Below, one piece after another: positions 57,846 through 64,000 of a stretch of DNA of 64,000 bases; the first letter of the stretch is position 1; every line of letters begins with the position of its first letter. The DNA lies in NCBI GenBank assembly GCA_963804645.1, contig CAWDRG010000017.1, positions 352,001 to 416,000 on the forward strand. Reading direction: 5' to 3'. The DNA comes from an uncultured Bacillota bacterium (GTDB lineage Bacteria; Sysuimicrobiota; Sysuimicrobiia; Sysuimicrobiales; Segetimicrobiaceae). The translations under genes and the position numbers were made by a program. The notes below the pieces were generated by a model. The model ran no database searches, was not told the origin of the DNA, and worked only from the letters and a program-made list of their open reading frames with translations.

Positions 57846-58901
57846 CTACTGCACGCCGAAGATGTCGGTAAACGTCTTCTTGATCTCGTCCCGGTGCGTG
57901 TTGATATACGTCAGGTTCGGCTGAATGATCTTGATCGACGACAGCGGCGGCGCCCCCGCGGGCAGCGGCACCCCCGGAAGCACCGGGATGTACGAGCGCT
58001 GCACGAACAGCGCCTGTGCGTCGGGCGTGTAGAGGTAGTTCACGAACGCCTCGGCTGCCGGCAAATTCGACGTCGCCTTCACGATCGCGATCGGGGTCGG
58101 GATGAGCACCGCGCCCTCGGACGGCACGATGTAGTCGACCGGCGACCCTTGTGACTTCGCGAACCGGACGAAGAAGTCGACGATCGACCCCACGGCGATC
58201 TCACTCGTCGAGAGCTTCTGGATGACGTCGCCGTTCGCATTGAGAATCTGCACGTCGTTCTTCTTGAGGGCCCGATAATAGTCCCACCCGAAGCCCTTCA
58301 TGCTGGCGAACGTGCCCACATTCGCGAACGCAGCGCCGGAGATAAACGGATTGGGCATCCCCGCCTTGCCGCGGTACCGCGGAGCCGCGAGGTCCCACCA
58401 CGTCGTCGGCTTGAAGTGGACCGCCATCGTGTTGAAGCCGAGCACGTTGAAGATCAGGCGGACCTCGTGCTCCTGGTTGCCGTCGTAATGGAACTCGCGC
58501 GGGACGCCGCGCGATGCCGGCGGCAGGTACGACGCCAGCAACCCTTTGGTCGACAGATCGTGCAGAAAGCCGATGTCCGCAAAGTAGAGCAGATCGGCCT
58601 GGATCTTCCCCGCCTGCTGCTCCGCCTGCACCTTGGCCTCGACGGGGCCGGTGCCGGCCCGGAACACTCGCACGGTAACGCCGGGCGTCCGTTTCATGAA
58701 GTCGCCCACGAGCAGGTTGATGTCGTCCTCTGATTCCGAGGTATACAGGTTGATGGTCCCGGAGGGCGCCTCGGCGGCTAGGGCCGCCCCGCCGCGTCCC
58801 AGCCCGACCCACGCGGTGCCACCACTCATCCCAAACCCAAGCAGCGCCGCCGCGAGCGCCACGATCAGCACGTGCCGTCCCCGGTGCCTCCAGTTCGTCA
58901 C
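57846..58901 (-). CDS. ABC transporter substrate-binding protein (AfuA/FbpA-like)
   Basis: Signal-peptide-like N-terminus, LYTS, RAGTG, PTTWWDL, PNPFISG, PSEG. Confidence 0.88.
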   Translation of the reverse strand: MTNWRHRGRHVLIVALAAALLGFGMSGGTAWVGLGRGGAALAAEAPSGTINLYTSESEDDINLLVGDFMKRTPGVTVRVFRAGTGPVEAKVQAEQQAGKIQADLLYFADIGFLHDLSTKGLLASYLPPASRGVPREFHYDGNQEHEVRLIFNVLGFNTMAVHFKPTTWWDLAAPRYRGKAGMPNPFISGAAFANVGTFASMKGFGWDYYRALKKNDVQILNANGDVIQKLSTSEIAVGSIVDFFVRFAKSQGSPVDYIVPSEGAVLIPTPIAIVKATSNLPAAEAFVNYLYTPDAQALFVQRSYIPVLPGVPLPAGAPPLSSIKIIQPNLTYINTHRDEIKKTFTDIFGVQ

Positions 58902-59059
58902 GGTTCCCTCCAGCGTATAGCCCTACGCGGTACGCGTGAACGTCCGCGCCGCCCTACTCGTTCCTGTCCGGCGCCCCGCGATCCTGTGCCATACGCGTCG
59001 CGTGGGCGAAGGCTGCGTGAAGACGATTCGGACCTCGTCGACGCGGCCCCGACGCCGTC

Positions 59060-60298
59060 TTACGCCCCGCCGTTCGTATGGGGCACCGGAGCTGCGGGCA
59101 CCTGTGCCTCGTCCGCCCCCCGCCACAGCTCCTCGAACTGCCCTTTGTTCCATCGCGCCAGCTCCAGGCCCGGCCCCATCGAGTGGCCCTCGAACGCGAT
59201 AGTGCCCTCGTAATCCCGAAGCGCCGCCAGCACCCGGACGAGGTTGCGGGATCCCTCGCCGAGCGGCAGGTGGAGCCGGGTCTCGTCGGCGTCGCTCAGG
59301 TGCACATGCACGATCCGCTCGAGCGCGCCGATGAAGGCCACCTCGTCGGTACCCCACGGGATATGCGCGACGTCCAGGGTGGTCCCCACGTTGTCCCGGT
59401 CGACCTCGCGCACGAGCCGGTTCGCATCGTCGGCGGTCACCACGTACTCGCCCTGTCGCGGCTCCATGTGCTCGACGCCGAGGCGCAGCCCGTGTTCGGC
59501 GGCGTGGGCGGCCAGCTCCCGGATCCCGGCCACCAACCCAGGCCAGTAGCGCTCCGCGTCGTCGTAGGGCATCGTCACGTGTCCCGGATGCATCACCACC
59601 AGCCCCGCCCCGAGGCGCGCGGCCAGCGCGATGGACTGATGCAGCGCCTCCATCGAGACCGCACGCACCGCGTCGACGCGCGACGTCGTATTGAGATCCC
59701 AACTCATCGCGTGCAGGGTCAGCACCATCTTCAGCGCCCGCGCCCGAGCGGCGACCGCCGCGGGGTCGCTCGCCATCTCGGTCAGATGGTAATCCCATAA
59801 CTCGACGCCGTCGTAGCCGAGTTCGTGCGCCACTGTGAGGATCTCCTCGGGCGGGTGCACCCACATCAAGGGCGCGCTGAGCAGCACGCGGCAGCGTCGG
59901 TCCACCACCGGCAGCGCGCCCGGGCGGATCGGCAGCGGCGGGATCGTCGTCTCGCGGAGTCGGCGGCGCCTCGGGCGTACGATGTCGACGGTTGTGCGGA
60001 GTTCGGCCGCGACCCGGAACGTCTTGGTCAATACGCGCCCGGGCAGCCGGGTGATGAACTCACGGGGCTGCCGCCGGAACTCCGTCGTGACCTCAAATGG
60101 CTTCGCGAGCAGGCGCCGCATGACGCTGTCGACGTACTGTTCCATGAACTGGAGGGTGTCGACCGCGGTCGCGCGCCCGCAGACGATGCACAGCACCCGG
60201 GAGACGCTGCCGCTGCCGGACACGACCGAGTGGGACGTGGTGCGATGGCAGTAGCCGCAGTGGAGCGCCACTTCGTAGCGATCGCGCATGTTCGGCAT
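59060..60298 (-). CDS. sugar-phosphate isomerase/epimerase-type (AP-endonuclease-2) TIM barrel with N-terminal CxxC...CxxC domain
   Basis: GYDGVELW, LHA, VMHPG, VEHM, LDVAH, HLSD, HLPLGEG, FEG. N-terminus CGYC...CIVC. Confidence 0.85.
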   Translation of the reverse strand: MPNMRDRYEVALHCGYCHRTTSHSVVSGSGSVSRVLCIVCGRATAVDTLQFMEQYVDSVMRRLLAKPFEVTTEFRRQPREFITRLPGRVLTKTFRVAAELRTTVDIVRPRRRRLRETTIPPLPIRPGALPVVDRRCRVLLSAPLMWVHPPEEILTVAHELGYDGVELWDYHLTEMASDPAAVAARARALKMVLTLHAMSWDLNTTSRVDAVRAVSMEALHQSIALAARLGAGLVVMHPGHVTMPYDDAERYWPGLVAGIRELAAHAAEHGLRLGVEHMEPRQGEYVVTADDANRLVREVDRDNVGTTLDVAHIPWGTDEVAFIGALERIVHVHLSDADETRLHLPLGEGSRNLVRVLAALRDYEGTIAFEGHSMGPGLELARWNKGQFEELWRGADEAQVPAAPVPHTNGGA

Positions 60299-60313
60299 AG
60301 CGTCCTCCGTCCC

Positions 60314-61462
60314 TCAGGCGGTGATCGCGGCCAGTCGTCGGCTGAACTCGTCGAGAAACCTGGCTCCGGCCGCGCCGTCGGCGATCCGATGATCGACGGC
60401 GAGCGTGACGCGGCAGACCGGGCGGACCGCCAGCGCGTCGCCGCCGACAACCCAGGGGCGCAGGCGGACCGCGCCGATCGCGAGAATCGCCGCCTGGGGC
60501 GGGTTGATCAGCGCGGTGAACTCGTCCACCCCCCACATGCCCAGGTTGCTCACGGTGAACGTCGCCCCGGAGACGTCGTCGAGGCCGAGCGTGTCCTCGC
60601 GGGCGCGCCGGGCGAGCGCGGTGATCTCTTCGTCGATCATGTGCAACTCCTTGCGGTCGGCATCGCGCACGACGGGCACGATCAACCCGGTCGGCGTGTC
60701 CGCAGCGACGCCGACGTGAACAGCGTCGTGGACCACGACCGTCTCGCCGTCGAGCGACGCCCGAAGCTCGGGGTGGGCCCGGAGCACGCGGCCCGCGGCC
60801 CACACCATCACGGCGGTATACGACGCGGTTCCCCGGGCGCTGCGGGCCGCCGACATCTCGATCTCGCGTGTCAGATAGATATGCGGAATCTCGCGGGCAC
60901 TCTGCGCCATCCGCTGCGCGATCACGCGCCGGCGCCCCGCCAGCGGTGAGACCGCGTCGGCCGCACCCACCGCACGTGTGGGGACGTCCGCGGGCGACGG
61001 CGCGGCGATCTCGAGCGCGGCGCGCACGTCCGCCTCGGTAATCCTCCCGGCAGGACCAGTGCCGCGCAGTCCCGCGAGGTCCAGACCCGCCTCACGTGCG
61101 ATACGCCGCGCGACCGGCGTCGCGGCCACCGCGCCCGCCTGAGCCTGGGACGCCGCGGGCGCCCGCGGCGCGGCGTCGACGGCCCGGGGCGCCGGCGCGC
61201 GATCAGCGGCGGGGGTCGCCTCGCCGGCTGCGCCGATGTACGCGATGATCTTCGTCACGGGAATCGCCTCGCCGACCTGCGCGCGGATGTCGAGCAGCAC
61301 GCCTGACGCGGGGGCCTCAATCTCCATGTTGACCTTCTCCGTCGTGACCTCGGCGATCGGCTCGCCCTGCCGCACGGCATCCCCGGGCCGTTTCAGCCAG
61401 CGCACGATCGTCCCTTGTTCCATGGTCATGCTGAACTTCGGCAGGATGACCGGCGTGACCAT
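60314..61462 (-). CDS. dihydrolipoamide acyltransferase (E2) of a 2-oxoacid/acetoin dehydrogenase
   Basis: Lipoyl domain TTEKVNME, ATPVARR/GTGPAGRI binding domain, SNLG, DHRIADG. Confidence 0.93.
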   Translation of the reverse strand: MVTPVILPKFSMTMEQGTIVRWLKRPGDAVRQGEPIAEVTTEKVNMEIEAPASGVLLDIRAQVGEAIPVTKIIAYIGAAGEATPAADRAPAPRAVDAAPRAPAASQAQAGAVAATPVARRIAREAGLDLAGLRGTGPAGRITEADVRAALEIAAPSPADVPTRAVGAADAVSPLAGRRRVIAQRMAQSAREIPHIYLTREIEMSAARSARGTASYTAVMVWAAGRVLRAHPELRASLDGETVVVHDAVHVGVAADTPTGLIVPVVRDADRKELHMIDEEITALARRAREDTLGLDDVSGATFTVSNLGMWGVDEFTALINPPQAAILAIGAVRLRPWVVGGDALAVRPVCRVTLAVDHRIADGAAGARFLDEFSRRLAAITA

Positions 61463-62445
61463 CAGGCGGCAGCAATCTGACGCACGGCCGCCAGGATGTC
61501 CTCAACCTGAGGCACCGCCGCCCGCTCGAGCGCGCGATTATACGGGATCGGGCATTCCTGACCGCCCAGACGGATGATTGGTGCGTGCAGATGGTAGAGG
61601 ACGTCGCTCTCGGCGATGCGCGCCGCGACCTCTGCGCCGATCCCGAGAGTCCGGACGGCCTCGTGCACGATCACCACCCGCCCAGTCTTCCTCACCGATG
61701 CGAGCACCGTGTCCATGTCGAGTGGGCGGATCGACCGTAGGTCGACCACCTCGACGCTCACACCGTCCGCCGCCACCTGTTCGGCCGCCTCAAGCGCGCG
61801 CGCGACCATCACGGAGGTCGCCACCACCGTCACGTCCGCTCCCGCGCGCTTCACATCCGCGGCGCCGAGCGGCACGACGTACGGTTCCTCGGGCACCTCG
61901 CCCGTCGTGCGATACAGCAGCTTGTGCTCAACGAAAATGACCGGATTGTCGTCGCGGATGCTCGCCAGCAACAGCCCCTTCGCGTCCGCAGGCGTCGCCG
62001 GTGCCACGACCTTCAACCCTGGCACGTGCGCGAACCATGCCTCGAGGCTCTCGGAGTGCTGCGCGGCCGCGCCGGTACCCGATCCCGCCGGGGTTCGGAG
62101 CACCATCGGCACGCGGGCCCGTCCCCCAAACATATACCGGACCTTGGCCCCCTGCAGCACCAGCTGCTCCATGCACAGGGTGATGAAATCCATGAACTGA
62201 ATCTCGAGGACGGGACGCATCCCGGTCAGCGCGGCTCCGATCGCGCATCCGGCGAGCCCGGCCTCAGAGATGGGCGTGTCGCGAACGCGCGCGGGCCCGT
62301 AGGTCGTGAGCAGGCCGTCGGTGACGCCGAACGCGCCGCCGTACACGCCGATGTCCTCCCCGAGCAGGAACACGGCCGGGTCGAGGTCCATGGCTTGGCG
62401 CAGTGCCTCGCGAATCGCCTCCGCGTAACTCAACGATCGGCTCAC
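61462..62445 (-). CDS. ThDP-dependent dehydrogenase E1 beta subunit (AcoB/PdhB-like)
   Basis: [34 protein letters not shown]. Confidence 0.94.
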   Translation of the reverse strand: MSRSLSYAEAIREALRQAMDLDPAVFLLGEDIGVYGGAFGVTDGLLTTYGPARVRDTPISEAGLAGCAIGAALTGMRPVLEIQFMDFITLCMEQLVLQGAKVRYMFGGRARVPMVLRTPAGSGTGAAAQHSESLEAWFAHVPGLKVVAPATPADAKGLLLASIRDDNPVIFVEHKLLYRTTGEVPEEPYVVPLGAADVKRAGADVTVVATSVMVARALEAAEQVAADGVSVEVVDLRSIRPLDMDTVLASVRKTGRVVIVHEAVRTLGIGAEVAARIAESDVLYHLHAPIIRLGGQECPIPYNRALERAAVPQVEDILAAVRQIAAA

Positions 62446-63410
62446 GCGTAGACGCCTTCCAGCAGCGTCGCGGGATCGGGCTCGGGGCTCGCCTCGGCGA
62501 AGCGCAGCGCCTCATCCACGGCCGCCAGGGCCTCGGCGGCCATCTCCGCAGCACGCTCCGGTGTCAGCGCCCCCTCGGCCACCAGGCGCGCCTCGCAGCG
62601 CGCGATCGGATCCCGCCGCTGCCACGCCTCGACGTCATCCCGCGTGCGGTAGCGCTGCCGGTCGCTCTTGCTGTGACCCTTATAGCGGTACGTCACGCAC
62701 TCGAGGAGCGTCGGGCCCTCGCCGGCGCGCGCCCGTCCGACGGCGGCGGCGGCCGCTTCCTCCACCGCCGCCACATCCATGCCGTCCACCGTGTCGCCCG
62801 GCACGTTGTAGGCGGCTGCGCGCGCGCTGATCCGATCGACGCCCATCGCCGCAGACACCGGCATCGACATCGCATACTGGTTATTCTCGCAGACAAAAAC
62901 AATCGGCAGGCGCCAGATCGACGCCAGGTTCATGGCCTCGTGGAACGCGCCCTCGTTGGCCGCGCCGTCCCCGAAAAACGCGGCGCAGACCTGCGCGGTC
63001 TTTCGCATCGTGATCGACAGCCCCACGCCGGTCGCGATCGGGAGCCCGCCTGCCACGATGCCGTTCGCGCCGAGGTTGCCGCTCTCCAGATCGGCAATGT
63101 GCATGCTGCCGCCGCGCCCGCGGCAGTAGCCCGTGTCCTTGCCGAGAAACTCGGCCATCATTCGGCCCACATCGGCCCCGCGCGCCAGGCAGTGACCGTG
63201 ACCACGATGCGTGCTCAAGATGTAGTCGTCCGGCCCCAGCGCCCCGCACACGCCTGCGGCGACCGCCTCCTGCCCGATGCTCAGGTGCATGGTCCCGTGC
63301 ACCTTGCCGAGCGCAAACAGCTCGTCCGCTTTCTCCTCGAACGCGCGGATCAAGCGCATCGTCCGCAGCCGCGTCACGCCGCGCCCAGTCGGCGGAGGCA
63401 CGGTCTTCAC
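62442..63410 (-). CDS. ThDP-dependent dehydrogenase E1 alpha subunit (AcoA/PdhA-like)
   Basis: [28 protein letters not shown]...ENNQY, YRYKGHS. Confidence 0.94.
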   Translation of the reverse strand: MKTVPPPTGRGVTRLRTMRLIRAFEEKADELFALGKVHGTMHLSIGQEAVAAGVCGALGPDDYILSTHRGHGHCLARGADVGRMMAEFLGKDTGYCRGRGGSMHIADLESGNLGANGIVAGGLPIATGVGLSITMRKTAQVCAAFFGDGAANEGAFHEAMNLASIWRLPIVFVCENNQYAMSMPVSAAMGVDRISARAAAYNVPGDTVDGMDVAAVEEAAAAAVGRARAGEGPTLLECVTYRYKGHSKSDRQRYRTRDDVEAWQRRDPIARCEARLVAEGALTPERAAEMAAEALAAVDEALRFAEASPEPDPATLLEGVYA

Positions 63411-64000
63411 GGCGCGTCGGCCTCCCCGAGTGGACGCTCGCCGTCCGCGCCCGCGAGACCGCTGGCCCGCCCGAGGCGCAGCACGGCGCGGGCGGCGATG
63501 GAGTCGGTCACCAGCACATCCACCAAGCCTCCGGCGAGCGCGCCGAGAATTGCGTCGGCCTTCTCGAGCCCTCCCGCCACCCCAATGACGAGCGGGATTC
63601 GCGCCAGGTCCTCCAGGTCGATCGCGAGGATCCGCGTCGCCACGTCACCGACGAGCGGCACACCGTCGGACGAGAACGCGCGCGTGCAGATGTCTCCGAC
63701 CGCCCCCTGCCGCCGCGCGGCTGCCATCTCCGCGGCGGAGATGTAGCCGCTCTCGATCAGCGTCGAGGATGGGACGAGGGCGCCGATCCCGATCAGCGCG
63801 ACGTCCACCCGCCGCGCGAGTTCGAGGACATGGCCGATCCGCTCGTCGGACAGCAGCGCTTCCCGAACGCTGCGCCGCGCGACGATCGCGGGCGCGTGGA
63901 GCAAATGGACGCGGCCGCCGTGCAGCTCCGCCAGCCGCCGCGCGAGCTCGTTCGCGTGGATTTCCGGAGCCGCTTGCCCGAGGCCGCCCACCAGCGGCAC
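63407..64000 (-). CDS. SorC/DeoR/LsrR-type sugar-binding transcriptional regulator, C-terminal part (5' end outside window)
   Basis: [37 protein letters not shown]. Confidence 0.9.
   Translation of the reverse strand: MPLVGGLGQAAPEIHANELARRLAELHGGRVHLLHAPAIVARRSVREALLSDERIGHVLELARRVDVALIGIGALVPSSTLIESGYISAAEMAAARRQGAVGDICTRAFSSDGVPLVGDVATRILAIDLEDLARIPLVIGVAGGLEKADAILGALAGGLVDVLVTDSIAARAVLRLGRASGLAGADGERPLGEADAP

Overview
High-GC bacterial chromosome segment. Gene order and the short RpoB/RpoC suggest a Terrabacteria lineage, possibly Armatimonadota/CSP1-3-like (inference only). About 43 kb (11.1-54.2 kb, minus strand) is the core translation/transcription supercluster: tRNA-Thr, tuf, rpmG, tRNA-Trp, [3-gene insert], secE, nusG, rplK, rplA, [IS], rplJ, rplL, rpoB, rpoC, L7Ae-like gene, rpsL, rpsG, fusA, tuf, the S10/spc/alpha operons, a fused ecfA, ecfT and truA. 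The left ~10 kb is an accessory lipid-modification-type cluster: partial fabF, a FabH-like enzyme lacking the catalytic His, CPBP protein, Asp-type alpha/beta hydrolase, SDR, GT2, BtaA-like ACP transferase, FkbM methyltransferase, AKR and SnoaL-like protein. The right ~10 kb is a catabolic operon: SorC-type regulator, E1a/E1b/E2 of a 2-oxoacid/acetoin-type dehydrogenase, a Zn-ribbon/TIM-barrel fusion and an AfuABC-like transporter, with a convergent HAD phosphatase. A complete 2082-bp two-ORF insertion sequence with imperfect terminal inverted repeats and a 9-bp target duplication lies between rplA and the rplJ promoter. Single-base frameshifts in truA, rpoA and rpoC look like sequencing/assembly errors. 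No rRNA genes or CRISPR arrays were seen.
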